Source of the DNA: Nitrospirales bacterium
Lineage (GTDB): Bacteria > Nitrospirota > Nitrospiria > Nitrospirales > UBA8639
Assembly (NCBI GenBank): GCA_039794325.1
Contig: JBDIVP010000001.1
Coordinates: forward strand, 6,233-70,232
DNA length: 64,000 nt
Direction: 5' to 3'
Every line of letters begins with the position of its first letter. Within the stretch, counting starts at the first letter, position 1. Positions 19,132 to 29,933 of the stretch are shown here, piece by piece. The notes under the pieces are model-generated. The model saw only the letters and a program-made list of their open reading frames with translations, ran no database searches and was not told the origin of the DNA. A program made the translations under genes and the position numbers.

Positions 19132-20190
19132 ATGGATGCCGGAATTCGATTGGCAGTGACTTTAACCCAGATCGGTGCGGTGATGGGGGTGGTCCTCTTG
19201 ACTGTGGCCCTTCTGACTCTGCTGGAACGTAAAGTCCTGGGGTGGATGCAGGATCGCATGGGACCGATGGAGGTGGGCCCTTACGGCATTCTGCAGCCCG
19301 TGGCGGATGGGTTGAAACTGTTTTTTAAGGAAGACATTATCCCTGCCGGGGCCAACAAGGTCATGTTCAGTCTGGCTCCCGTGCTGTCACTGGTCCCCGC
19401 CTTGATCGGATTTGCCGTGATTCCCTTCGGGCCGGATTGGACCGTGGAAATCGGAGGGATGGAGTTCAAACCCTTTGTCATCAGCGATATCAATATCGGT
19501 ATTTTATATATCCTGGCCTTCGCCTCCATCGGGGCGTACGGCATTATTCTGGGGGGGTGGGCGTCGAATAGCAAATATTCCCTGTTGGGGGGATTACGAT
19601 CGGCGGCGCAGTTGATCAGTTATGAGTTGAATGTCGGGTTGTCGATTGTCGGGGTGTTGTTGCTGGCAGGATCCTTATCTCTGGTGCAGATCAGCACTGC
19701 CCAAGGCGGCGGATTTTGGAATTGGTACTTCTTTGCGTTTCCGTTTCCTCAGGCCGTGGCGTTTGTGGTGTTTATTATTTCGGCCGTGGCGGAAACCAAC
19801 CGGGTCCCGTTCGACCTGCCGGAAGCTGAAAGTGAGTTGGTGGCCGGGTTTTTTACCGAATACAGCGGCATGCGGTTTGCGTTTTTCTTTCTGGCCGAAT
19901 ACGCCAATATGATTTTGGTGTCCTGTGTGGCCACCGTGTTGTTCTTCGGAGGCTGGCATGCTCCGCTCCCCGTTTTGCAAGGCCCGGAATCTCTGCATTG
20001 GGCCACGGGAATGTTCTGGTTTACGATCAAAGTCTATTTTTTCCTGTTCCTGTTTTTCTGGTTACGGGCCACGTTGCCCCGGTTGCGGTACGACCAACTG
20101 ATGCGGTTCGGCTGGAAGGTGCTGTTGCCCATTGCGCTGGGTAACATCGTTTTGACGTCGATTTTTGCATATATGTTTCCGGGCAATTGA
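19132..20190 (+). CDS. nuoH: NADH-quinone oxidoreductase subunit H
   Basis: 352 aa polytopic membrane protein with conserved [14 protein letters not shown] and [21 protein letters not shown]. Confidence 0.96.
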   Translation: MDAGIRLAVTLTQIGAVMGVVLLTVALLTLLERKVLGWMQDRMGPMEVGPYGILQPVADGLKLFFKEDIIPAGANKVMFSLAPVLSLVPALIGFAVIPFGPDWTVEIGGMEFKPFVISDINIGILYILAFASIGAYGIILGGWASNSKYSLLGGLRSAAQLISYELNVGLSIVGVLLLAGSLSLVQISTAQGGGFWNWYFFAFPFPQAVAFVVFIISAVAETNRVPFDLPEAESELVAGFFTEYSGMRFAFFFLAEYANMILVSCVATVLFFGGWHAPLPVLQGPESLHWATGMFWFTIKVYFFLFLFFWLRATLPRLRYDQLMRFGWKVLLPIALGNIVLTSIFAYMFPGN

Positions 20191-20212
20191 TACGCCCCTG
20201 GAGGTCTGGTGT

Positions 20213-20755
20213 ATGAACCTCAAAGAGTGGATCAAGACACTGACGTTTTACGAAATTCTGATGGGTATGAAGGCCACGCTGTCACATTTGCTGAAATACC
20301 GGCCGATCACCCTGCAATATCCCCACGAGAAAAAACCGCTGCCGCCCAATTATCGCGGGATGCTGGCCTTATTGCGGTATGACGACGGGACGGAAAAGTG
20401 TGTGGGATGCGATCTTTGCGAAGCCGCCTGCCCCTCACGGGTGATCCGTGTGATCAGCGCCGAGGTTCCCGGTGAGCCGACCAAGCGGTATTCCAAGGAA
20501 TATTACATGGATATGACCCGATGCTTGTTTTGCGGGTTGTGCGTGGATGCCTGTCCGGTCGATGCCTTGGGAATGACGCAGGAATTCGAGTGGGCCGTCT
20601 ACGATAAACGCCAGCTGCATCTGAACAAACAGCAATTGTTGGCGATCGGCGACCGGGCCTATCCGGTACGGGAAAAGCGGCTGGAGTTTCAGCATCCCAA
20701 CGTGGCCTATTTTAATGTGGGGTTTAAGGAGATCCCCCAGAAAGACATTCCGTAA
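20213..20755 (+). CDS. nuoI: NADH-quinone oxidoreductase subunit I
   Basis: About 180 aa from the ATG at 20213, preceded by GGAGG. It has two 4Fe-4S ferredoxin motifs, CVGCDLCEAACP and CLFCGLCVDACP. Confidence 0.95.
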   Translation: MNLKEWIKTLTFYEILMGMKATLSHLLKYRPITLQYPHEKKPLPPNYRGMLALLRYDDGTEKCVGCDLCEAACPSRVIRVISAEVPGEPTKRYSKEYYMDMTRCLFCGLCVDACPVDALGMTQEFEWAVYDKRQLHLNKQQLLAIGDRAYPVREKRLEFQHPNVAYFNVGFKEIPQKDIP

Positions 20756-20897
20756 TTAAGGAAACAGTCAAAAACCAAAAAGGCGGAGTTCATGAGATAG
20801 GATTTATTCCCCACTGACTTCTTACTTTTCACTCTCCTGAGATGTCTTTCGAGATATTCTTGGACAGGAAGAATGTTGAACGGCAACAGGATTCCAG

Positions 20898-20921
20898 TAG
20901 GTAGCTGAATAGGTAGCTGAA
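20898..20921 (+). repeat. perfect tandem duplication TAGGTAGCTGAA x2 abutting the nuoJ start codon
   Basis: The 12-mer at 20898-20909 is repeated exactly at 20910-20921, immediately followed by the ATG at 20922. Confidence 0.9.
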
Positions 20922-21440
20922 ATGGACATGGCGGTATTTTTCTATTTTGCAGGGGTGATCGTTGCTATGGCGGGACTGGTGGTGGGGTTGCGTAATCCGG
21001 TCTACAGTGCCCTGGCGCTTCTGGTCATGTTCTTTCATGTGGCCGGACTGTTTGTGACATTGCATGCCGAGTTTCTGGCCGTCATTCAGATTCTCATTTA
21101 TGCCGGAGCCATTCTGGTGTTGTATCTCTTTGTGGTGATGTTGTTGAACCTGAAGCGTGAAGAGCGTTTTCATCATCAATGGATGGTCGGTCTGTTCCTG
21201 GGGTTGGTGTTGTTTGCGGAGGGGGCGTTGCTCTTTATCAAAGGGAATACGGCCTTGGGGCAGGGAAAAGTCACCGGTGGGACTGCCGTTTCCCTGACCG
21301 AAGGCAATACCGAAGCCATCGGGGAATTGCTGTATTCGACCTATTTGTTTCCGTTTGAGGTTGCGGCCCTCATTTTATTGGTGGCGATGGTTGGTGCCGT
21401 GATTCTGACGAAAAAAGGCATTATGGAGGCTAAAGGGTAG
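20922..21440 (+). CDS. nuoJ: NADH-quinone oxidoreductase subunit J
   Basis: 172 aa hydrophobic protein with a NuoJ-like pattern ([26 protein letters not shown]). Its position in the operon agrees. Confidence 0.92.
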   Translation: MDMAVFFYFAGVIVAMAGLVVGLRNPVYSALALLVMFFHVAGLFVTLHAEFLAVIQILIYAGAILVLYLFVVMLLNLKREERFHHQWMVGLFLGLVLFAEGALLFIKGNTALGQGKVTGGTAVSLTEGNTEAIGELLYSTYLFPFEVAALILLVAMVGAVILTKKGIMEAKG

Positions 21441-21745
21441 TGGACGTTCCGATCGGGTTTTATCTGGTGCTCAGCGGGGTGGTCTTTACGATTGGGCTGG
21501 TCGGTGTGTTGATCCGGCGCAATATCATCATCATTCTTTTATCCATTGAGTTAATGTTGAACGCGACGAACATCAATTTTGTGGCTTTTTCCTCTCATCT
21601 CGGGAATCTTGCCGGAGAAGTGTTCGTGTTTTTTGTCCTGACCGTGGCGGCGGCGGAAGTGGCCGTAGGCCTGGCGATCATTATCGCTCTCTATCGGCAT
21701 TCGGCCAGCATCAACATTGACGACTTCCGTCTGCTGAAATGGTAA
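21440..21745 (+). CDS. nuoK: NADH-quinone oxidoreductase subunit K
   Basis: 101 aa with three helices and the conserved [18 protein letters not shown] and [11 protein letters not shown]. The GTG start overlaps the nuoJ stop by 1 nt. Confidence 0.93.
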   Translation: MDVPIGFYLVLSGVVFTIGLVGVLIRRNIIIILLSIELMLNATNINFVAFSSHLGNLAGEVFVFFVLTVAAAEVAVGLAIIIALYRHSASINIDDFRLLKW

Positions 21746-21749
21746 GGGG

Positions 21750-23645
21750 ATGCTCTACGCCTTAATTCCCCTTCTTCCCCTCCTGGCGTTCGTGGTCCTT
21801 GGTCTCGCCGGTCATCGGATCAAAGAGCGTGCTCACCTGGTCGCCGTACCGGCGGTGGTGGTATCGTTTCTGCTTTCCCTTATGGCCCTGGCGGAAGTTG
21901 CCGGCGGGCAGACCCTGGAGATTCCGCTGTATACCTGGGCCAGCTCGGGTTCCCTGACCATTACCCTCGGCCTCTTTATCGATCAGTTGACCGTGGCGAT
22001 GTTGTTGCTGGTGACGACGGTCAGCGCCCTGGTGCATGTCTACACCATCGGCTATATGCATGGAGAGGCGGGGTATGCCAGATTTTTCAGCAATATCGCC
22101 CTCTTTACCTTTTCCATGTTGATGTTGGTGATGTCCGATAATTTCCTGCAGCTGTTCGTCTTCTGGGAGGCGGTGGGATTGTGTTCGTATTTGTTGATCG
22201 GGCACTGGTACGACCGGGCTTCCGCCCGTGCGGCGGCCACCAAGGCGTTTTTGGTCAATCGTGTAGGCGACTTCGGGTTTATGCTGGGCATTCTTCTGGT
22301 GTTCGTGACGTTCGGTAGTTTGCAATATCAGCAGGTCTTTTCCGGGCTGGATGGCATGGCCGGAAGCACTCTGAATCTTCTCGGGTTCATCGGGGCAAAC
22401 TGGGAAGTGTCCGTCATGACCATGATCTGCCTGCTGCTCTTTGTCGGGGCAGTCGGCAAATCCGCCCAAGTGCCCTTACATGTTTGGCTGCCGGATGCCA
22501 TGGAAGGTCCAACTCCGATTTCCGCTCTCATTCATGCCGCCACGATGGTGACCGCCGGAGTCTTCATGGTGGCACGGCTGGCTCCACTGTACGATCTGTC
22601 GCCGGTGGCGATGGACGTGGTGGCGGTGGTGGGCGGCTTGACGATGTTTGTCGGAGCCACGATTGCGGTCACCCAAACCGATATTAAGCGTGTCGTGGCC
22701 TATTCGACCCTCAGTCAGTTGGGATATATGATGATGGCTTGCGGCCTGGGCGGATATGTCGCCGGGATGTACCATCTGTTGACACACGGAGCCTTTAAGG
22801 CCCTGTTGTTTTTGGGATGCGGTTCCGTCATCATCGCCCTTCATCATGAACAGGATATGCGACGGATGGGCGGCTTAAAGGAGAAGTTGCCCATCACCTA
22901 TTGGACTTTTGTCATCGGCTCGTTGGCGCTGGCGGGATTTCCTCTGACGTCCGGGTTTTTCAGCAAGGATGAATTGTTGCTGGCGTCGTGGGTGTCAGGA
23001 GGATTGGGCAAGTCCCTCACCGTTTTGGGATTGATAACGGCCATGTTGACGGCCTTTTATAGTTTCCGATTGGTGTTCGTGACGTTTTGGGGGGAGTCAC
23101 GTGTGGACCCCAAACATGCCGGGCACATCCATGAACCGTCGAAAACCATGACCATGCCGTTGTTGATCCTGGCGGTGTTGAGTATTCTGGCCGGGTATAT
23201 CGGTATTCCGGAATTTCTGGCCCCCGCGTTCCCCGGCGGGGCCGGCGCCGGTCATCATGAGGCGGCGGCTTTGGGTATCATGATTTGTGCCACGCTTGCG
23301 GGGCTGATGGGAATCGCCGGGGCATATGTGGTCTATGTGAAATCTCCACAGTTACCCGATCGGCTGGCCCGGCAGTGGCAGGGGCTCTATCAGGGATCCT
23401 TGAATAAATGGTATGTGGATGAAGCCTACGATCAGGCTTTTGTGAATCCGACGATGAAAGCCGCCGATCAACTCTGGAGAAAGGTGGATATGGCCGTGAT
23501 TGATGGGGCCGTCAACGGTGTCGCACGGGGAGTCGCCTGGGGAGGATGGATTACCCGATTGCTGCAAAGTGGTCAGGCGCAAAATTATGCCCTGGCCATG
23601 ACCGTTGGGGCCGTCATGATTTTAGGGGCCTACCTCTTCTATTAA
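21750..23645 (+). CDS. nuoL: NADH-quinone oxidoreductase subunit L
   Basis: 631 aa antiporter-like subunit (WEAVGLCSYLLIGHWY, GKSAQVPLHVWLPDAMEGPTPISALIHAATMV) with a long C-terminal extension typical of NuoL. Confidence 0.95.
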   Translation: MLYALIPLLPLLAFVVLGLAGHRIKERAHLVAVPAVVVSFLLSLMALAEVAGGQTLEIPLYTWASSGSLTITLGLFIDQLTVAMLLLVTTVSALVHVYTIGYMHGEAGYARFFSNIALFTFSMLMLVMSDNFLQLFVFWEAVGLCSYLLIGHWYDRASARAAATKAFLVNRVGDFGFMLGILLVFVTFGSLQYQQVFSGLDGMAGSTLNLLGFIGANWEVSVMTMICLLLFVGAVGKSAQVPLHVWLPDAMEGPTPISALIHAATMVTAGVFMVARLAPLYDLSPVAMDVVAVVGGLTMFVGATIAVTQTDIKRVVAYSTLSQLGYMMMACGLGGYVAGMYHLLTHGAFKALLFLGCGSVIIALHHEQDMRRMGGLKEKLPITYWTFVIGSLALAGFPLTSGFFSKDELLLASWVSGGLGKSLTVLGLITAMLTAFYSFRLVFVTFWGESRVDPKHAGHIHEPSKTMTMPLLILAVLSILAGYIGIPEFLAPAFPGGAGAGHHEAAALGIMICATLAGLMGIAGAYVVYVKSPQLPDRLARQWQGLYQGSLNKWYVDEAYDQAFVNPTMKAADQLWRKVDMAVIDGAVNGVARGVAWGGWITRLLQSGQAQNYALAMTVGAVMILGAYLFY

Positions 23646-23782
23646 AGTAAACTCAAAGGGCGGCTCTGGATTGAGGTATCAAAAGCTGGCGTGTCGGTTC
23701 TCGAATTTGAAAACCTGAATGGTCAGGTATGAAGCATGTGTGATTACCTTAAATCGACCGGGCGGGAAATGGTAACCAACTT

Positions 23783-25399
23783 ATGACGGAAATGGTCGTG
23801 CCTTCGGGAGGCATTGCCTGGTTGACGTTGATCCTGGTGCTTCCGCTTCTGGGTGTTTTCGGAATTTTAGCCGCCAGGGAATCTCTCGCACGCGAGATTG
23901 CCCTTGGTGTGTCTGCATTGACCTTTCTGGTGTCCCTGCCGTTGTGGTTTCTGTTCGACAACAGCAACGCCGGCATGCAGTTTGTCGAAAAACACCAGTG
24001 GATTGCCTCCCCCTCCATTCATTATGCCTTGGGTGTGGATGGTATCAGTATGCCGTTGGTATTGCTGACCACCATTTTGACCCCACTGTGCATTCTGGTT
24101 TCCTGGGCGGCCATCGAGCAGCGCCGCAAGGAATTTCTGATCAGTTTGCTCGTGATGGAAACCGCCACGGTCGGGGTGTTTGCCGCCCTGGATTTCGTGC
24201 TGTTTTATGTGTTTTGGGAGACGATGCTCATTCCCATGTATTTGTTGATCGGAGTGTGGGGCGGGCCCAATCGGGTGTATGCGGCCATTAAATTTTTCCT
24301 CTATACCCTGGCCGGCAGTATCTTGTTGTTGGTGGCGATCCTGGTGTTGTACTTCGAAGGCGGACGGACCTTTGATATTCTCGCCCTGACGTCGGCACAC
24401 TATTCACCGACCCTTCAGGCCTTGATTTTCTGGGCATTTTTTGCGGCCTTTGCCGTCAAGGTGCCGATGTTTCCCTTTCATACCTGGCTTCCCGATGCCC
24501 ATGTCGAGGCTCCGACGGCCGGCAGCGTCATTCTGGCCAGCGTACTGTTGAAATTGGGGACCTATGGGTTTTTACGATTTTCCCTCCCCATGCTCCCCGA
24601 TGCTTCGGTGGCGTTTGGTCCCATCATCATGACCCTGTCGGTCATCGCCATTATCTATGGGGCTTATATGGCCCTGGCACAGGCGGATTTAAAAAAACTG
24701 ATTGCCTATTCCAGTGTCAGTCATATGGGGTTTGTCACATTGGGCTTGTTTGCTTTGAATGCCCAGGGCATTGAAGGGGCCATGCTGCAGATGATCAATC
24801 ATGGGATCACCACGGGGGCCCTATTTATGTGCGTGGGCATCATTTATGAACGGACGCACAGCCGGCAGATTATCGACAACGGCGGACTGGCCAAAGCCAT
24901 GCCGCAATATGCCACCTTCTTTGTCATTTTTGCGTTATCCTCGGTTGGGTTACCAGGGATGAACAGTTTTGTCGGGGAATTTCTCGTCCTGATCGGTGCG
25001 TTTGAATGGAGCAAACTTACGGCTACGCTGGCCGCATTGGGAATCATTCTGGCTGCCGCCTATATTCTCTATTTGGTACAACGGATGATTTATGGACCCG
25101 CATCTCCGGCCATGCTTCCCAAGTTGACCGATTTGAATCCACGGGAATTCGGCATGCTGGTTCCGTTGGTCTTCTTTGTATTCTGGATCGGGTTGTACCC
25201 CAAACCGTTACTGGATGTCATGCATGGGAGCGTAGACCGTGTGCTGGCCGCACAAAATCAGGTGATGACGGTATATTCCGGTGAGCAGGGTTCAGTGGCC
25301 GCCGCACCCCTTGCGGCTGCGGGATCCGATATCGAAGCGCCTAGACCCTTCTCCGTCAGCAGGCAGGAGAATGCCGATAGCCCGGGAGCACAACCATGA
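23783..25399 (+). CDS. nuoM: NADH-quinone oxidoreductase subunit M
   Basis: 538 aa antiporter-like subunit (FVLFYVFWETMLIPMYLLIGVWGG, KVPMFPFHTWLPDAHVEAPTAGSVILA). It has a roughly 50-aa low-complexity C-terminal tail. Confidence 0.95.
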   Translation: MTEMVVPSGGIAWLTLILVLPLLGVFGILAARESLAREIALGVSALTFLVSLPLWFLFDNSNAGMQFVEKHQWIASPSIHYALGVDGISMPLVLLTTILTPLCILVSWAAIEQRRKEFLISLLVMETATVGVFAALDFVLFYVFWETMLIPMYLLIGVWGGPNRVYAAIKFFLYTLAGSILLLVAILVLYFEGGRTFDILALTSAHYSPTLQALIFWAFFAAFAVKVPMFPFHTWLPDAHVEAPTAGSVILASVLLKLGTYGFLRFSLPMLPDASVAFGPIIMTLSVIAIIYGAYMALAQADLKKLIAYSSVSHMGFVTLGLFALNAQGIEGAMLQMINHGITTGALFMCVGIIYERTHSRQIIDNGGLAKAMPQYATFFVIFALSSVGLPGMNSFVGEFLVLIGAFEWSKLTATLAALGIILAAAYILYLVQRMIYGPASPAMLPKLTDLNPREFGMLVPLVFFVFWIGLYPKPLLDVMHGSVDRVLAAQNQVMTVYSGEQGSVAAAPLAAAGSDIEAPRPFSVSRQENADSPGAQP

Positions 25400-26865
25400 C
25401 GGACCTGCTCCTCATTCTTCCCGAATTGCTGATCGTGAGCATGGCCTGTCTGTTGCTGGTCCTGGACCCGATAACCCCTCCCGCAAAGAAAGATCTTTTG
25501 GCCTGGGCGAGTCTGGGTACCCTCGTACTGAGTTCAATTGTGATCATGGGCAGTTTCGGGGAGCGGACCATGGCATTCAACGATCTGGTGGTCGTGGATG
25601 CCTATGCCGCCTTTTGGAAATTGCTGCTGTGTCTGGTCAGCGGAATGACGATCCTTTTGTCGATGACCTACCTCAAAGAAGAGCATATTGATCTGGCCGA
25701 GTTTTATATCTTCATTTTATTGGCATTGGCCGGGATGATGGTGATGGTCTCCGGTGCCGATTTGTTGGTGATTTACCTCGGAATCGAACTTATGTCCATT
25801 CCGCTGTACATCATGGCCGGGTTTAAACGGTTTGAAGCCCGGTCCATCGAATCGTCGGCCAAGTATTTCGTGCTGGGTGCATTTTCCTCGGGCATCTTGT
25901 TGTACGGCATTTCTTTGTTATTCGGTGTCGCCGGCAGCACCAAGCTGGCCGATATCTCCAATGTGATTACCAGCCATGGATTTAATGATCCCCTGGTTCT
26001 GCTGTCATTGATGTTGATGATCGTCGGGTTTGGCTTCAAGGTGGCGGCGGTCCCCTTTCATATGTGGACCCCCGATGTCTATCATGGGGCCCCTACCACG
26101 GTGACCGCCTTTATGGCCGTGGCGTCGAAAGCGGCCAGTTTTGGTGCCTTTCTTCGCGTACTGCTCGAAGCCTTCGGAGGAGTCAAGCCCAACTGGACCG
26201 GCCTGATCCTGGGTGTGTGTGTCCTGACGGTCGCCCTGGGGAATATTGTGGCGGTGGTCCAGACCAATGTGAAGCGCATGCTGGCCTATTCCAGCATCGC
26301 CCATGCAGGGTATGCTTTAATCGGGTTGGTGGTGGCCGGATGGGTCGGAACGGAGGAAGGAGTTTCGTCGCGGGGCGTGGCCAGCCTCATGTTGTACCTG
26401 GCCATCTATTCATTTATGACTCTGGGGGCCTTTGCCATGGTGGCCATTCTGCGAAACGGAGGATTGGAAGGGGAGGAGTTGAGCGACTTCAACGGGTTGG
26501 CCAAGCGTCATAAAGGCGGGGCCTTTTTGATGTTGCTGTTCATGGTCTCCCTGGCTGGAATACCTCCCACGGCCGGATTCATCGGAAAATTTTATCTGTT
26601 CATGGCGGCTGTGAACGCCGGCCTGGCTTGGCTGGCCTTGTTCGGGCTGGTTTTTGCGGCCATCTCCGCCTTTTATTATTTGCGGGTAGTGATGGTGATG
26701 TATATGCGGGATCCCTCATCCGAACAGGAGCTGAATACCCGTTTGGCCTTTTCCCCATCCGTTTCCGTGGTCCTGGCCTGCGCCGTGGCCGGCGTCGTCT
26801 TATTGGGCATTTTCCCCGGCCCTCTGGTCTCCGTGGCCGACTGGTCTTCCCTGGCTCTCAAATAA
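25396..26865 (+). CDS. nuoN: NADH-quinone oxidoreductase subunit N
   Basis: 489 aa antiporter-like subunit (GFKVAAVPFHMWTPDVYHGAPTTVTAFMA). An ATGA overlap couples it to nuoM. Confidence 0.95.
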   Translation: MTDLLLILPELLIVSMACLLLVLDPITPPAKKDLLAWASLGTLVLSSIVIMGSFGERTMAFNDLVVVDAYAAFWKLLLCLVSGMTILLSMTYLKEEHIDLAEFYIFILLALAGMMVMVSGADLLVIYLGIELMSIPLYIMAGFKRFEARSIESSAKYFVLGAFSSGILLYGISLLFGVAGSTKLADISNVITSHGFNDPLVLLSLMLMIVGFGFKVAAVPFHMWTPDVYHGAPTTVTAFMAVASKAASFGAFLRVLLEAFGGVKPNWTGLILGVCVLTVALGNIVAVVQTNVKRMLAYSSIAHAGYALIGLVVAGWVGTEEGVSSRGVASLMLYLAIYSFMTLGAFAMVAILRNGGLEGEELSDFNGLAKRHKGGAFLMLLFMVSLAGIPPTAGFIGKFYLFMAAVNAGLAWLALFGLVFAAISAFYYLRVVMVMYMRDPSSEQELNTRLAFSPSVSVVLACAVAGVVLLGIFPGPLVSVADWSSLALK

Positions 26866-26926
26866 ATCCCCTCCTGCTCTCTCCCTCTCTCCGTCCTACA
26901 AGCCACACAGGGAAACTATGTTGGGC

Positions 26927-27817
26927 TTATGGCCGACTTTCTATCGCCAGGATGCCGATGCCGATGATCATTGTCAGGCCCCCCGCCAGTCGTTCCCGAC
27001 TATGCGATTCACGAAGGAACAGGACTCCCCAGATTACCGCGAAGAGGATACTGGTGCGTTTGAGGGCAATGACCGAAGGAACCGGACCCTGTAGAAGAGC
27101 ATGGGTATGGACTACGAGGCCGAGTCCCTGAAAGATGCCGATCAAAAGCAACACAATGAGGAGGGTTCCCCGAGGCCGCATATAAAATTCAGAGGTCCGA
27201 TGCCGGAGAAGAAAGAGAAATCCGGCGGTCATAAAGACGGTAATTGAAAAGCTCCACAAAAGAGGAGAGGAATGCTGAACGCCTATTTTGTCAAAATTCG
27301 AGGTCAGACTGTAAATAAGAGCCACCGACAGCATGCGCCGTGGGCCTGGCTGTTGCCAGATGGCCTGTAAGGGGGCCAGAATGCCCCGGCGGATGGTATG
27401 CAGATGGAGAATGTAGGCTCCGGCCACAATGCAGATAATTCCCAGCATGTCCGGGACGGAAGGGATCTCTCCCACCAATAATGGGGAGGTGGCCAGGAGA
27501 AATATCGGGGTAAAGGCGATAAAGGGAATAGTGACGGATAAGTCGGAGGCCTGTAAGGCCCGCATGAATTGATACATGCCCACGATATTCAATGAGCCGC
27601 TGAGCGCCAGGGCTGCCATAAATGCAGGATCAACCGCTGCCGGGGATGGAGAAAGGAGCAGAATACCCAGGAGCAGGGGAATGGGAACTGCGCTGGCGGC
27701 CAGTCCCGTCATCTGAGGGGAAAGGCTCCTGAGGCTGGATTTGCTGCACAGATCTTTCAGTGATTCAAGAAATGCCGCCAATAATGCTAATAGAACCCAA
27801 TGAAGGGATGACAACAT
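26927..27817 (-). CDS. EamA/DMT-family transporter
   Basis: 296 aa with about ten hydrophobic helices in two similar halves, as in drug/metabolite transporter (EamA) proteins. It is convergent with nuoN. Confidence 0.75.
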   Translation of the reverse strand: MLSSLHWVLLALLAAFLESLKDLCSKSSLRSLSPQMTGLAASAVPIPLLLGILLLSPSPAAVDPAFMAALALSGSLNIVGMYQFMRALQASDLSVTIPFIAFTPIFLLATSPLLVGEIPSVPDMLGIICIVAGAYILHLHTIRRGILAPLQAIWQQPGPRRMLSVALIYSLTSNFDKIGVQHSSPLLWSFSITVFMTAGFLFLLRHRTSEFYMRPRGTLLIVLLLIGIFQGLGLVVHTHALLQGPVPSVIALKRTSILFAVIWGVLFLRESHSRERLAGGLTMIIGIGILAIESRP

Positions 27818-28167
27818 GAAAGACGTGCAATCAACCGGAAAATGGTTGCGAACAAATGGCAGGAAAAGGTGCGATTTGTGGAAGCCTATCCCCTGTGCCT
27901 GGCCGCTATCTTAACCAAGTGGTTGGGATCCCGCCAAATGACACGGCGGGCACTCCTCCTGCTGCAAAAACCGGTGGCGATTCATGGACGGGTGCCGGGC
28001 CGGTTATTCCCTGTCCCGGGTAGGAGGTGGGTTCGGCGGGTATGTGGCCGGCGGGACCAAGGGAGTCGGGGGCTTTTCATTACAAATGGAAAGATGGATT
28101 GATGACGAAGGATCCGGAAAAAGTAAGAGGAGGGGGTCGCTGCTTTCTTTGTTTTAAAAATAGAGAA

Positions 28168-28926
28168 TTACGAGTGATTTGAAAGACGACAGTCCTGAAG
28201 GACGGCCTGCAGGGGCATGGGCAGATTGGGCGTTTGAGGTTCGGCGGAATGAGTTGGTGCCAAGAGTGGAAGAGTACAATGGGATCCGCGCGAAATTAAA
28301 AATTTTGTCAAATCCAAATGCCCGGAGAGAGCCGCCGAATGTAAAGGTGTGAGACCGATAACATTGGGGGCGTTGATCGGGGCCCCTGCATCCAGGAGCA
28401 GCCGGGCCACATCGATATCTCCTGTTTGAGCGGCCAGGTGTAAGGCGGTCCAACCTTCCTTAAAAGACGAGTCGACCCTCGCGCCATGTGAAAGCAGGAA
28501 AACCACCATGCGGCGCTGGCGTTCCTGAACAGCCACATGAAGGGGGGAAACGGCACCCTGGGGCATATTGACCGCAGCGCCATGGCTGATCAACAGGTTG
28601 GCAATGTCCACATGCCCGCGTTTAGCGGCGAAATGCAATGGTGTCCAGTCTTCCTGGAAAAGAATATGGACATCGGCCCCCTGCTGTAGGAGCAACCGAG
28701 TCAGGGGGTATTGCCCTGATTCGGCAGCATAGTGAAGCGGTGTGCCTCCATTGGATGTCGTGGCATTGACATCGGCCCCTTGTCGAATCAATTCTTGGAC
28801 GGTGTCCAGATCCCGGTTCCGAATGGCTTGGATGATGGGTGACTCATCCGAGGTCTTCCACCCGGATGTGATGGTCAGAGACAGGGCAATACCCCCCAAG
28901 ATCGCCGCATACTTGATGATTTTCAT
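28168..28926 (-). CDS. exported ankyrin-repeat protein
   Basis: From the ATG at 28926 it has an N-terminal hydrophobic signal/anchor (MKIIKYAAILGGIALSLTI). At least six ankyrin units follow (G.TPLH.AA..G......LL..GA.VN). The ORF stays open upstream to 29037, so the start is uncertain. Confidence 0.85.
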   Translation of the reverse strand: MKIIKYAAILGGIALSLTITSGWKTSDESPIIQAIRNRDLDTVQELIRQGADVNATTSNGGTPLHYAAESGQYPLTRLLLQQGADVHILFQEDWTPLHFAAKRGHVDIANLLISHGAAVNMPQGAVSPLHVAVQERQRRMVVFLLSHGARVDSSFKEGWTALHLAAQTGDIDVARLLLDAGAPINAPNVIGLTPLHSAALSGHLDLTKFLISRGSHCTLPLLAPTHSAEPQTPNLPMPLQAVLQDCRLSNHS

Positions 28927-29234
28927 TGTTGGGGTCTGAAGCATTGACGTCGGGTAAGGGGAAGGATGTTTGGCTCTCTGTGAGATTGGAACAATGGGTG
29001 ACCTGGCCAGCAGACAAGATTCAAGAGAGCAGGACAATTCCCCATAGGAAGGACAGAGATGGTATGGCTCTTTCAGGGAGGAAGCCCTGTTCTTAGGACA
29101 GCCAGGGGCAAGGGGATATCAGGGGATCAGGAGGATAAGGGTCAGAGGAAGGTATCTGAAGAAAGAATCTGAAAATGGAAAATCGGACGGCGATAGAATC
29201 CTCGCTTGGTTTGTTCGGCAAGGCAGGGGTTTGG

Positions 29235-29933
29235 TTAAGTCTTGCATTTGTGTGCGGCCATTTGAGGGTTGGACTTTGATTCATCAGGCTCTGGCAAGGC
29301 CGTCTCCATCAGGTTGAGCGGCCCCGTCTCCTCTGAGTCTCGAATGTTGCCCTGTAAATGTTCCAGATGATCGGCTTTTAAAATGAAACCGCCCAACAAA
29401 TAATGCCAGTACTTTGCGGTATTCATGGCCTTTTCAAAGAGAATGCCCCCTTCTTTGGTTTCCATATTGAGAAAATTGAGATTATGCAGCGGTTCCTCTT
29501 CATCATGAATGGCAACGATGAGATCGATGCGCTGGTTGCCATGATCGGAGTCGGCCTCCCGCCAGGCATCCATTTCGGCTTGAATCCTGGGCTGAATGCC
29601 TTTCAGCAAGCTTTGCATGGCCGGGGGTTGGGTGCGCAGGCCTTGGCCGATAAGTTCCCCGTTTTTGATCAGAAAAATGCCCAACAAACTCCTGACGGAG
29701 AGCAATTGAGGAGGCACGTCGTATTTGATGAGGCACAAATGACAGGTGTGCTCATTGATCGCCAACCCGCTCCTGCCATCCGAGGCTCTGACCATTTGCG
29801 TGGGGATGAAGTCCAAGCCCGGTACCTTGGATACAGGTTTTTGAGGTGATTTGCCGGAAAGATTGAAGACGAAAACCATGACAAACATGATAAACACAAA
29901 CCAAAAGATAAGAAAAAGCATTGGTGCGTCCAT
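29235..29933 (-). CDS. hypothetical protein with an N-terminal transmembrane anchor
   Basis: About 232 aa from the ATG at 29933 (MDAPMLFLIFWFVFIMFVMVFVFNL). The soluble remainder matches no family I recognise. It is on the same strand as, and upstream of, the ankyrin gene. Confidence 0.5.
   Translation of the reverse strand: MDAPMLFLIFWFVFIMFVMVFVFNLSGKSPQKPVSKVPGLDFIPTQMVRASDGRSGLAINEHTCHLCLIKYDVPPQLLSVRSLLGIFLIKNGELIGQGLRTQPPAMQSLLKGIQPRIQAEMDAWREADSDHGNQRIDLIVAIHDEEEPLHNLNFLNMETKEGGILFEKAMNTAKYWHYLLGGFILKADHLEHLQGNIRDSEETGPLNLMETALPEPDESKSNPQMAAHKCKT

Noticed and set aside
27842-28102. An 86-aa plus-strand ORF in the EamA/ankyrin intergenic region.
   Set aside because: It is Arg/Gly/Pro-rich and low-complexity, has no SD, and lies on the strand opposite both neighbours. 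It is probably a promoter region for the EamA gene.
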